Source: Bacteriovoracia bacterium
GTDB taxonomy: Bacteria; Bdellovibrionota; Bacteriovoracia; Bacteriovoracales; Bacteriovoracaceae
Assembly: GCA_046570105.1 (NCBI GenBank)
Contig: JBKHVI010000023.1
Span: forward strand, 1-39,860
Reading direction: 5' to 3'
Length of the DNA stretch: 39,860 nt
In this document: one piece after another, positions 1-8,630 of the stretch
Position numbering within the stretch: the stretch's first letter is position 1
How the letters are laid out: each line of letters begins with the position of its first letter
Program-made: the position numbers and the translations under genes
Notes under the pieces: generated by a model
Told to the model about the DNA's origin: nothing
The model's database searches: none
What the model saw: the letters and a program-made list of their open reading frames with translations, nothing else

Positions 1-288
1 AAGAGGAAACGATAGGGCGAAAATTGTAGCCGTTAGGATTTCCACGAGAAAATACTGAAAATTTATTTTTCCATGGCAAGTTGAGCATTTTCCACGAAGA
101 ATGATCCAGCTAAAAATTGGGATATTGTGCCACCAAGGAATTTTAGCTGAACAAAGCGGACAATGGGAGCGCTCAAGCGCGAGATCTTTTCCTAATGGCA
201 AGCGATAGATTACAACATTCAAAAAACTCCCAATAAGAGCACCAAAAATCCCGGCATAGATTCGATATAATTCGTTCAAGCTAAGCAT
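1..288 (-). CDS. pilD: Prepilin peptidase (A24 family), N-terminal part; runs off the window
   Basis: Not in the ORF track. Manual translation from ATG at 288: MLSLNELYRIYAGIFGALIGSFLNVVIYRLP...RSHCPLCSAKIPWWHNIPIFSWIILRGKCSTC, with the GSFLNV motif and two CxxC zinc motifs. Directly follows the stop of the ABC permease. Confidence 0.95.
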   Translation of the reverse strand, partial: MLSLNELYRIYAGIFGALIGSFLNVVIYRLPLGKDLALERSHCPLCSAKIPWWHNIPIFSWIILRGKCSTCHGKINFQYFLVEILTATIFALSFPL

Positions 289-1068
289 TTACTCAAAATC
301 CTTTCGCTCGATTAGCCAACATGACAAGACTAACAGAGCGGCACCATAGAGCAGCCCGTATATCAATGTTTTGGTAAGATACCCGTCCGGAAGCTCGGTT
401 TGGTAAAGAACTAGGTCTTTTAAATTAAAACGATGAAAACCTGGCAGAACCCAATCATAGAATTTAACTGCGGTTTTTAACCAAGGGATATCCTGTACGA
501 ACTTAATACTCATGGTTTCTGAAACGGCATGACCAGCTGCTAAAATGACTAAACCAAAAATTAAAGTAATAGCACGATTAGCGACTAATGAGAGAACCAC
601 CACAAGTAGTAACAAAATCACTACTTCTATAAAGGTAAGCCCAATAGCGGCCCACTCTACAAAACCTAAATTTCCACCAACAAGATTTATCACCACTAAA
701 ATACTGGCCGCAATTAGGCAAAAATTTAGGGCCAGAAATCCAATGACTCCAAAAATTTTACCAACAAGAAACACTGACCTTTTTACTGGTCGAGAAATAA
801 TTAAATAAATCGTTCGTGATTCTTCTTCCGATTTTATGAGTGGTATACCTGCAAAAAAACTCAAGCCATATCCCGACAAGGCCAAGAAGGCTAAGCCCAA
901 ATCCAGAGCAACTCGAGCCGGTACCCCAAAGGTAAATTCAGCAGCAGCTAATGTTAAGGCAGCTAAACCCAAAGCCAAAACAACAACATTCCAAAGGATT
1001 TTACTTCGGATCAATTCTTGAAACGTATAACGAGCAATGATGACACTTTTAAAAAATTGCTGACTCAA
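289..1068 (-). CDS. pilI: ABC-2 type permease, PilI-like
   Basis: About 6 TM segments; E..SRTIYLIISRPVKR..FLVGK motif; lies between the ABC ATPase and pilD as in the Myxococcus pilGHID arrangement. Confidence 0.8.
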   Translation of the reverse strand: MSQQFFKSVIIARYTFQELIRSKILWNVVVLALGLAALTLAAAEFTFGVPARVALDLGLAFLALSGYGLSFFAGIPLIKSEEESRTIYLIISRPVKRSVFLVGKIFGVIGFLALNFCLIAASILVVINLVGGNLGFVEWAAIGLTFIEVVILLLLVVVLSLVANRAITLIFGLVILAAGHAVSETMSIKFVQDIPWLKTAVKFYDWVLPGFHRFNLKDLVLYQTELPDGYLTKTLIYGLLYGAALLVLSCWLIERKDFE

Positions 1069-1069
1069 A

Positions 1070-1978
1070 TTAACTCCGAATCTGGTAAAAAATTTCTTCC
1101 AGTGAAGGACGCACTTGTTTTAATCCTTGGATTGAAACTCCTTGGGTCACCAGCTCTTTTAAAAGATTGTCTTTGTTTGATGAGGTTACTTCCCATCGCA
1201 TTAAATCGACATTAAGTTGCTCACGATTCAGTAGAGGCGTTGCAACCTTGTATTCTCCAGAAGGCATGGTAAGCCAATATGACTGGCGAAGGTTATCTGC
1301 CAAAAGCCGATCCACCGAACCATCATAAATCAACTTACCTAAACGTAAGAAGACAACTCGATCGCAAATTTCTTCAACATCTGGGACGATGTGACTGCTA
1401 AAGAAAACTGTTTTCCCTGACTTACGAAGCTCATGCATGATGTCTTTCATCTCCAAGCGACCTATCGGATCTAATCCTGATAAAGGCTCGTCGAGAATGA
1501 CAAGATCAGGTCTATGGAGAATGGTCACCATAAATCCCAGACGCTGAAGCATACCTTTGGAATATGTTCTCAGTGGACGATTGAGTGCATGATCTATATG
1601 AAACTTAGGTGCTTGTTGATTAATTTCTTCTTTGGCCTGCTTACGACTCAGACCTGACAGCTCTCCCATAAAACTAGCAAATTCAAAGCCCGTCAGATGG
1701 GGATAAAAATAGGGTCTTTCTGGTAAATAGCCAATTTTCTCAAACCGAATCGCACCTTGTGGTGTTTTTAGGTTGGGAGTAAATTCAACGCACCCTTTGT
1801 CAGCACGAATAAAATCCAAAATAATTTTGATAGATGTCGTTTTCCCAGCACCATTGGCCCCCAAGAAACCAACCATCGATCCTTCTGGCACACTGAATGA
1901 GACATCATCTAATGCGACAAACGGCGACTTTAACAAATCGCTACGAAAAACTTTGGTGACGCCTCTTACTTCTAGCAT
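1070..1978 (-). CDS. pilH: ABC transporter ATP-binding protein, PilH-like
   Basis: Walker A GANGAGKTT, signature YSKGM, Walker B LVILDEP, H-loop SSH; pil locus context. Confidence 0.85.
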   Translation of the reverse strand: MLEVRGVTKVFRSDLLKSPFVALDDVSFSVPEGSMVGFLGANGAGKTTSIKIILDFIRADKGCVEFTPNLKTPQGAIRFEKIGYLPERPYFYPHLTGFEFASFMGELSGLSRKQAKEEINQQAPKFHIDHALNRPLRTYSKGMLQRLGFMVTILHRPDLVILDEPLSGLDPIGRLEMKDIMHELRKSGKTVFFSSHIVPDVEEICDRVVFLRLGKLIYDGSVDRLLADNLRQSYWLTMPSGEYKVATPLLNREQLNVDLMRWEVTSSNKDNLLKELVTQGVSIQGLKQVRPSLEEIFYQIRS

Positions 1979-1996
1979 AATCTAGATTATGCTAGA
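1971..1996. repeat. Perfect 26-bp palindrome TCTAGCATAATCTAGATTATGCTAGA
   Basis: The sequence equals its own reverse complement. It overlaps the pilH start codon in the 36-bp divergent gap. Confidence 0.95.
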
Positions 1997-2014
1997 TCAT
2001 CAGAAGGAATTGCA

Positions 2015-2812
2015 ATGCACTCCCGCAGCATTCTCGCACTATCTGCGCTAATACTTTTCTCAGCCTCTATTTGGTGGGGGCATGATCTTAGACGACCAAA
2101 GATTCGAACTGATAAACAAACTGAGATGGTCACTTTCCAATCTGACATTATTCGAATTTTCTCTTTTGGGATGAAAAGAGCGGTCGCTGATCTCATTTGG
2201 GTACAAACCCTTACCGAAAGTGATCTCGAACACTACCGAGCAAAAGATCTGAACTCATGGCTCTATCTCCGATTTCTCACAATCCTCTCAATCGATCCCA
2301 AGTTTTACGAAAATTACCGCTATGGGGGTCAGTATTTGATGATCGTTAAAGACGATCTATTGGGCGCAGATGACATTATGAAACGTGGGGTTAAGATTTA
2401 CCCAGATGATTACTACCTCAATTGGCAACTCGGCTTTCTACATGCCATCGAACTCAATGACCCCCCAGGAAGTTTTCCCTATTTTGATCGCATCAAAGAC
2501 CATCCCCTTCGCCCGCGCTTCTTTGATTCGTTCTATACTAAAATTGTTGCGCAAAAATTTGGACTTGAAGAAGCTTATGAAGTGGCCCTTGAACTCTGGA
2601 AAAACACTCACGATAATCCAAGCAGCAAAAGAAGATTATCCATTTATGTGTACTCACTAAAAGCACTCATCGACCTAGACTGCCTCAATCGAAAATTAGC
2701 AAACTGTGATACTTTAGATTTTGAAAAGAACCCTTACTTGAGAAATGCTGATGGCAGTTGGCGTGCTCATAGCCCTGTACTCCCCATCAAGCTTCATCCA
2801 AATAGAAAATAA
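2015..2812 (+). CDS. PilG-like membrane-anchored TPR-like protein
   Basis: N-terminal hydrophobic anchor, SFG....ADLIW motif, helical TPR-like segments (LSIDPKFYENY, GVKIYPDDYYL); SD AAGGA upstream; sits between pilA and pilH. Confidence 0.65.
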   Translation: MHSRSILALSALILFSASIWWGHDLRRPKIRTDKQTEMVTFQSDIIRIFSFGMKRAVADLIWVQTLTESDLEHYRAKDLNSWLYLRFLTILSIDPKFYENYRYGGQYLMIVKDDLLGADDIMKRGVKIYPDDYYLNWQLGFLHAIELNDPPGSFPYFDRIKDHPLRPRFFDSFYTKIVAQKFGLEEAYEVALELWKNTHDNPSSKRRLSIYVYSLKALIDLDCLNRKLANCDTLDFEKNPYLRNADGSWRAHSPVLPIKLHPNRK

Positions 2813-2838
2813 AAAAGGGGCCCGAAAGCCCCTTTTTT
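2811..2838. terminator. Bidirectional intrinsic terminator between the pilG-like gene and pilA
   Basis: AAAAAAGGGGC-CCGAAA-GCCCCTTTTTT, with U-tracts on both strands, between convergent stop codons. Confidence 0.9.
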
Positions 2839-2849
2839 ATACGAAAATT

Positions 2850-3491
2850 TTAGAAACCGCTGGAACGTTGAAAGAGTCTCTTACGATGATCAATTGTGAA
2901 AGCTGAAGCACTTTTTACACCCGCATCGAAAGCAGCAAAGTCACTATCGATAATACCCAGAGCACCAATTTGGAATTCTGTTTCAACAACACAGGTTTCA
3001 CGACGAAGTAATCCACACGGAGTGCCGTTATCTGCAGTTGAGAAGTATGTCGCCAAGTTGGCCACCGTTACGGCTGCTTTTGAACCACTTTTCTTAGCTG
3101 CACTAAAGCGACCAGCACCTAGAGCACTATCAACAGCAGTTGTCGCTGGACACTCTGTACCGTCCACACCGTTAGTGGTAGCGATCGTATGAGTCGCAGC
3201 CGCTGGGCTAACAGTAAAACCCGTAGCGTAGAAACGTTGTTGTGATTCGTTAGATGGGTTGTAGCCCATATACTTTAGACATGAGTGGTAAGTATCGTAG
3301 TCTGAATAAAACGACTGAAGCGCAGTATAGGCTGCTGACAACTGAAGTTTTGCTTCAGATGACTTCGACTTTGCTTGGTATTTTTTAAAGTTAGGAACTG
3401 CCACAGCAGAGAGAACACCGATAATGGCCACCACGACCATCAGCTCAACCAGGGTAAACCCTTCTTGAGCGCTTTTAAAAAAACGTCTCAT
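2850..3491 (-). CDS. pilA: Type IVa major pilin
   Basis: Class III signal MRRFFKSAQEG|FTLVELMVVVAIIGVLSAVAVPNF with E5; strong SD GGAGG; own terminator; four Cys in the globular domain. Confidence 0.9.
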   Translation of the reverse strand: MRRFFKSAQEGFTLVELMVVVAIIGVLSAVAVPNFKKYQAKSKSSEAKLQLSAAYTALQSFYSDYDTYHSCLKYMGYNPSNESQQRFYATGFTVSPAAATHTIATTNGVDGTECPATTAVDSALGAGRFSAAKKSGSKAAVTVANLATYFSTADNGTPCGLLRRETCVVETEFQIGALGIIDSDFAAFDAGVKSASAFTIDHRKRLFQRSSGF

Positions 3492-3757
3492 ACTTCCTCC
3501 AAAATTCAGTCATCAAGAGACTGAGTCTGTTACGAATCCATTTAATGGATCCGGAATTTTCAAAAGTCTTTTTCATAATATCCCAGCATGAAGAGCCGTC
3601 GAAATAATCCAAAAACCTCATCCAATAGAACTATTTTAAACTAAAACTAATAAAATAGAGCAAAATCACTCATTTTCAATAGTTTTAATCACTTATCAAA
3701 TCACCCTTAAAAGCCCCTAATAATACACAATCAAAAACGTCTACAATAGCAGGCACT

Positions 3758-5017
3758 CTAGTCTCCAATATCAGCTGGATTAGGGGCTGCTGTATCATCC
3801 TCGGCACCACCGGCCGACATGAAGATTGGCAAGTACATCGCCACCAAGACCATCGCAACCATACCGCCCAAGACAACTAGGATCATAGGCTCAATCAGCT
3901 TGGTGATATTATCGACAACCTCTTCCACTTCTTCTTCGAAGACGTTGGCAACCTTAAGCAACATGGCATCTAAGTTACCCGTCGCCTCACCGACTTTCAT
4001 CATCTGGGTGACGAGTTCAGGAAAATAGCGAATACGCGACAGAGGCTCGGTTATCGATTTACCCTCTGTTACGGCTCGCCTCACGATCATAAGGTCTCGA
4101 GCGATTTGTTGATTATCTAAAGTTTCAATACAAATATCGAGAGCATCAATAATTGGCACACCAGCTGAGAGCATGGTCGACAGAGTACGGGTAAAAGATC
4201 CAAGATTGGCCTTAATGATCAGTTCACCAAAAAGTGGCATTCTCATCAAAAATCTATCCCAAGCTAATTTGCCATTTTTCGTTCGGATAAAATTAATAAA
4301 AATCATGAAACCAGCGATGATGACTGGAATCATTAAGAGTGTATAGTTGGCAAAGAAATCAGAAAGATCCATCACAAACTGAGTAATGGCGGGAATCTGC
4401 TGACCTGATTCTAGAAGAATCCCTACGAACTGTGGCACAACGAACGTCATCAAGCCCCAGAGAACCACGACACCGACCACGATAACGATGGTGGGATAAG
4501 TAAGAGCACCCTTCACTTTCTTTTTGAGTTTGTCCTGCTTTTCTAAGAACTCGGCCAGTTTAACCAAGATCGTATCCAAGATACCAGCCGCTTCGCCTGC
4601 TCGAACTAAGTTGCAATACAATTTATCAAATGACTTCGTACCCATAAGTGCATCATAGAGCGACTTACCTGATTCAACCTGGCTCGCAACGTTCTTAATG
4701 GTCTTCTTGAAGAAAAGGTTCTTTTCTTGCTTATACAAAATTTCCAAGCACTCCATAATAGGAACACCGGCGTTCACCAGAATTGAAAATTGGCGAGTAA
4801 AACGCATGAGCTCTATCAGTCCAAAGGGCTTTGAAATTCCTTTATCAACCATCCATTGACCAAGATCAATTTCAAGTGCAGAAGGTTCAATTATTTTCGT
4901 AGGGCGGATACCTTGACGGCGTAAATTACGGCGGGCTTCCTTAAGGGTCTCAGCATCTATGACACCCTCAAGTTTCTTTCCGTCGTCTTTAAAGCCTACG
5001 TATTTGTATTTACCCAT
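3758..5017 (-). CDS. pilC: Type IV pilus platform protein (T2SS F family)
   Basis: Two GspF repeats (FTRQFSILVNAGVPI; FTRTLSTMLSAGVPI), GEAAG/GEATG, terminal AMYLPIF. Confidence 0.95.
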   Translation of the reverse strand: MGKYKYVGFKDDGKKLEGVIDAETLKEARRNLRRQGIRPTKIIEPSALEIDLGQWMVDKGISKPFGLIELMRFTRQFSILVNAGVPIMECLEILYKQEKNLFFKKTIKNVASQVESGKSLYDALMGTKSFDKLYCNLVRAGEAAGILDTILVKLAEFLEKQDKLKKKVKGALTYPTIVIVVGVVVLWGLMTFVVPQFVGILLESGQQIPAITQFVMDLSDFFANYTLLMIPVIIAGFMIFINFIRTKNGKLAWDRFLMRMPLFGELIIKANLGSFTRTLSTMLSAGVPIIDALDICIETLDNQQIARDLMIVRRAVTEGKSITEPLSRIRYFPELVTQMMKVGEATGNLDAMLLKVANVFEEEVEEVVDNITKLIEPMILVVLGGMVAMVLVAMYLPIFMSAGGAEDDTAAPNPADIGD

Positions 5018-5029
5018 CTAAACTTGTCC

Positions 5030-6178
5030 CTATGGCTTTTTCTTGCTCGCAGTGTTGTTACCAATACCCAGCATACGAGTAAGTTCTTCAGGATTATTAG
5101 AGTACGAAATGGCTGACTCAGAGGTAATAATGCCACCATCAAGTAAGCGCTTAAGGCCCTGGTTCATCGTTGTCATACCAGACTCTTCTTGCCCGATCTG
5201 CATTTGAGAATAGATTTGATGAATCTTATCTTCACGAATCAAGTTTCGAATTGCCGGAGTAATTCGCAAAATCTCTTGTACAGCGACACGGCCTTTCGGA
5301 ATCTTTGGAAGAAGTTGTTGTGCAATAACGCCTTGAAGAACGAAAGACAAAAGTGTTCGTATTTGTGACTGCTGATCACTTGAGAAAACGTTAACAATAC
5401 GGTTAATGGTTTGGACTGTAGAGTTTGTATGGAGTGTACCAAATACTAAGTGACCCGTTTCTGCAATGGTAAGCGCGGCTTCAATCGTTTCAACGTCTCG
5501 CAGCTCACCCACCAGCACGATATCTGGATCTTGACGAAGAAGGGACTTAAGACCTTTGCCAAACGTAAGTGTATCAGCACCAACTTCACGTTGGTTAACT
5601 AGTGACATCTTATGTTGATGCACAAACTCGACTGGATCTTCCAATGTAATGATATGGCCAGGAATCGATGAGTTAAGTCGGTCAATGAGTGCTGCCAATG
5701 TCGTAGACTTACCTGAACCTGTTGGCCCCGTCACAAGCACAAGACCACTTGAAACGTTAACAATATCGAGCAAAACCTTTGGCAAACCAAGAGCATCAAA
5801 ATCCGGAATCAAGCTTGGAATTTGACGGAAAACAGCCGCAACCGCACTTTTCGAATAGAACACGTTCGCACGAAAACGAGCAAGGCCCTTCACACCAAAA
5901 GAAAAATCGAGTTCTAGGTTTTTCTCTAATTCAGCTTTTTGTTTTTCCGTCAGAATTTGATAAATAAGGCGTTTCGTATCATCTGGAGAGAGAGCACCCA
6001 CTTTTACACGAACGATATCACCGTTGACTCGCATACCTGGAGCCGTACCCACGGTAATATGTAAGTCAGATGCACCTGATTCAACCATCACCTTAAATAG
6101 CTGCTGAATCTGTAGCGCCGCAACTGCAGGATCATCTGCTTTAGTCATGGTCGAAGTTGAGTTCTGCTTAGTAGACAT
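5030..6178 (-). CDS. pilT: Type IV pilus retraction ATPase
   Basis: ASDLH, Walker A GPTGSGKST, EDPVE, LRQDPD, GHLVFGTLH and the PilT-specific AIRNLIRE motif. Confidence 0.96.
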   Translation of the reverse strand: MSTKQNSTSTMTKADDPAVAALQIQQLFKVMVESGASDLHITVGTAPGMRVNGDIVRVKVGALSPDDTKRLIYQILTEKQKAELEKNLELDFSFGVKGLARFRANVFYSKSAVAAVFRQIPSLIPDFDALGLPKVLLDIVNVSSGLVLVTGPTGSGKSTTLAALIDRLNSSIPGHIITLEDPVEFVHQHKMSLVNQREVGADTLTFGKGLKSLLRQDPDIVLVGELRDVETIEAALTIAETGHLVFGTLHTNSTVQTINRIVNVFSSDQQSQIRTLLSFVLQGVIAQQLLPKIPKGRVAVQEILRITPAIRNLIREDKIHQIYSQMQIGQEESGMTTMNQGLKRLLDGGIITSESAISYSNNPEELTRMLGIGNNTASKKKP

Positions 6179-6190
6179 CTGTCCCCCAGT

Positions 6191-7861
6191 TTACATATTA
6201 TCTGATGCTGAGTTTGCTAATGCTTCTTCTAATGTCGTTAGACCTTGAGCAACTTTTGTCAAAGCACACATGCGTAACGTCTTCATACCATCGCGTATCG
6301 CTTGTTTCTTAATATCATCAGTCGAAGCATGTTTAATAATTAGTTCCCTGATTTTAGGAGTCATGGCTAAGACTTCATAAATAGCAACTCGCCCCTTGTA
6401 ACCTGTATTGTTACAAGTCTCACAACCGCGACCTTGGTATACTTTGATTTTTTCTGCTGAAGCAGGAGCAAATCCACAGGCAATTAATTCGTCTATTGTA
6501 GTTTTTCTTTCTTCACGACAATTAATACAAATTTTTCGACAAAGACGTTGAGCAACAACAACGTTAAGTGCAGCCACAACCAAGAAAGGCTCAATGCCCA
6601 TGTTCAACAAGCGTGTCACCGTTGCCGGTGCGTCGTTCGTATGAAGTGTTGATAAAACCAAGTGACCAGTCAGTGCTGCTTCAACAGCAATTTCACCGAC
6701 CTCTAGATCTCGAATCTCACCGACCATGATAATATCCGGATCTTGTCTCAAAAATGCCTTAAGCGATGAGGCAAATGTAAGCCCAATATCTTTTTTTACG
6801 TTTACCTGATTTACCCCTTCTAGGTTAAATTCAACAGGATCTTCAGCTGTAGAGATATTGTTATCCGGAGTGTTCAATTCTGCTAAGGCTGAATATAGAG
6901 TCGTTGTTTTACCGGAACCAGTTGGGCCAGTAACCAAGCACATTCCGTAGGGACGCATGATCCCTTCTTTAAAGACATCAATCTGCTTTTGCTCAAACCC
7001 AAGCTTAGTCATGTCAAGTTGAAGGTTGGTAGAGTCAAGCAGTCGAAGTACCACTTTTTCACCAAATAGTGTTGGCAGAGAAGACACACGGTAATCAATT
7101 GGCTTACCACCAATGAGTAGCTTAATACGACCATCTTGTGGCTTACGTTTTTCAGAGATATCCATCTGAGACATAATCTTTAGACGAGAAACAACTGCGG
7201 CCATCATACTTTTTGGCGGTGCTGCTGCCTCAACAAGTGAACCATCAATTCTAAACCTTATGCGAAAGTTTTTTTCATAAGGTTCCACATGAATATCAGA
7301 GGCTTTTTTTATAAATGCTTCTGCCAACATTCTGTTAACGAATGTCACAACATCATCGCCAATATCCTCGGCTTTAATATTTTCATCGCCCGCAGTCGCG
7401 CCTGTAACCTCAACGATATTACCAATTAGATCGTCAACGGAGTCTTGAATATTCGCGAATAGCTTTCTCCACGAAGACAGGTTGGTGAGAATAAACTCAA
7501 CTTGTTTCTTGAAAATATCTGATAGCTCTTTTGCTGCCTCGGCCGGAATCGTTGGATCAAATGTCGCCAGAGTAACTTTCGATACTGTTTTCTGTATCGG
7601 TATGGCCCGATATTTAACGACATAGCGCTTCTTAAGAGTGGTTATCGTTTCTGGTGGAACTTTTGCATTCCTTAGATCGATAAATGTCATCGAATATTTT
7701 TCTGAAACAATTTTAGCAAATTTGTTTTCATCAAAATACGGCATTCTCAGAAGCTCAAACTCTGATACTTCATCCTCTTTCCCGGAGGAAAGTCGGCGCA
7801 ATTCCTTAAGAGTTGCCATACCAGTATTGGTGACAACTTCGATGAATTCCTTGCGGATCAT
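6191..7861 (-). CDS. pilB: Type IV pilus assembly ATPase
   Basis: ASDIHVEP, PQDGR, GPTGSGKTT, LRQDPD, tetracysteine motif (CINC...CETC), GYKGR. Confidence 0.95.
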   Translation of the reverse strand: MIRKEFIEVVTNTGMATLKELRRLSSGKEDEVSEFELLRMPYFDENKFAKIVSEKYSMTFIDLRNAKVPPETITTLKKRYVVKYRAIPIQKTVSKVTLATFDPTIPAEAAKELSDIFKKQVEFILTNLSSWRKLFANIQDSVDDLIGNIVEVTGATAGDENIKAEDIGDDVVTFVNRMLAEAFIKKASDIHVEPYEKNFRIRFRIDGSLVEAAAPPKSMMAAVVSRLKIMSQMDISEKRKPQDGRIKLLIGGKPIDYRVSSLPTLFGEKVVLRLLDSTNLQLDMTKLGFEQKQIDVFKEGIMRPYGMCLVTGPTGSGKTTTLYSALAELNTPDNNISTAEDPVEFNLEGVNQVNVKKDIGLTFASSLKAFLRQDPDIIMVGEIRDLEVGEIAVEAALTGHLVLSTLHTNDAPATVTRLLNMGIEPFLVVAALNVVVAQRLCRKICINCREERKTTIDELIACGFAPASAEKIKVYQGRGCETCNNTGYKGRVAIYEVLAMTPKIRELIIKHASTDDIKKQAIRDGMKTLRMCALTKVAQGLTTLEEALANSASDNM

Positions 7862-7906
7862 ATTTTGCCCTTAAACTTCACTTCTACTTACACTTATATT
7901 CTAAAC

Positions 7907-7933
7907 CTTTCGGCTATTTAGTGAGTGAAGTTA
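7907..7933 (-). promoter_or_regulatory. Candidate sigma-28 (FliA) promoter for pilB-pilT-pilC
   Basis: Minus strand reads TAAC-N15-GCCGAAAG versus consensus TAAA-N15-GCCGATAA, about 45 nt before the pilB ATG. Confidence 0.55.
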
Positions 7934-7943
7934 AATATGATTC

Positions 7944-8630
7944 TTATAATTTCCAGAATTTAACCGCGTGCTGTGCTTGGGTTTCTAGAAGTTCACTTCC
8001 ATCCACATAGCTCCAGCTCTGCCCAACAGCGGCCGCTTTATTAGCTTCGTGAGCGTAGTTCAAATCCCAAAAAACCCATGTGGCATCGAGCTTATTTTGA
8101 AATATGAATTCTCGGGCGCAGGTGTTTACGAGTATCTTTTTTGGATGGTTTTTATATTTCTCAACCATATCTAACTGATTTAGTTCGTCGCCCAATTTTC
8201 TTGAATGTGCACTAAAGCTCTCACCCATTTCAGTCAGTATTGTGCATACAACTTTTGCCATACTGCCGTCCCCTAGGATCACCCAAGCATCGCCACTATG
8301 CTTTTTTTTCATCATTGGAATGATTTGTTGAAGCGCAGTCGCATCAGTATTTGTTGCCTCAGGAATGCCATTTACGAATCGAATACAATTAACAGCAGAC
8401 CACCTCTTAGCTTCATCTATTGCATACTTAAAATAATTTACTTTCCATGGAGCCGTTATATTCACACCTTGGTAGGTATTTGCTAAAAAATCTATCGTTG
8501 GCAAATTTGTAGATTCATTGACGTCGATAAGTTCATATTGGATGCTTGGAGAGATGAGACGACGATAAATTTCCGGCGAGCGCGAGTGAGCAATATTTTT
8601 TCCAATTAAAGCAAGCTTAGGATAAGACAT
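7944..8630 (-). CDS. aroE: Shikimate dehydrogenase (compact)
   Basis: LIG..IAHSRSP, NITAPWK, AVNC, NTD, ILGDG, VNT, DLNY, DGSELLETQA. Start set at ATG 8630 (MSYPKLALIG), overlapping the ribF stop. Confidence 0.85.
   Translation of the reverse strand: MSYPKLALIGKNIAHSRSPEIYRRLISPSIQYELIDVNESTNLPTIDFLANTYQGVNITAPWKVNYFKYAIDEAKRWSAVNCIRFVNGIPEATNTDATALQQIIPMMKKKHSGDAWVILGDGSMAKVVCTILTEMGESFSAHSRKLGDELNQLDMVEKYKNHPKKILVNTCAREFIFQNKLDATWVFWDLNYAHEANKAAAVGQSWSYVDGSELLETQAQHAVKFWKL

Noticed and set aside
1971..2850. pilG-like gene as a recombinase-invertible (phase-variable) segment
   Set aside because: No matching inverted repeat at the 2812-2850 end and no recombinase in the window.
3560..3630. 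Sigma-54 promoter for pilA
   Set aside because: Candidate GG...GC pairs have the wrong spacing (8 nt) or GG in place of GC.
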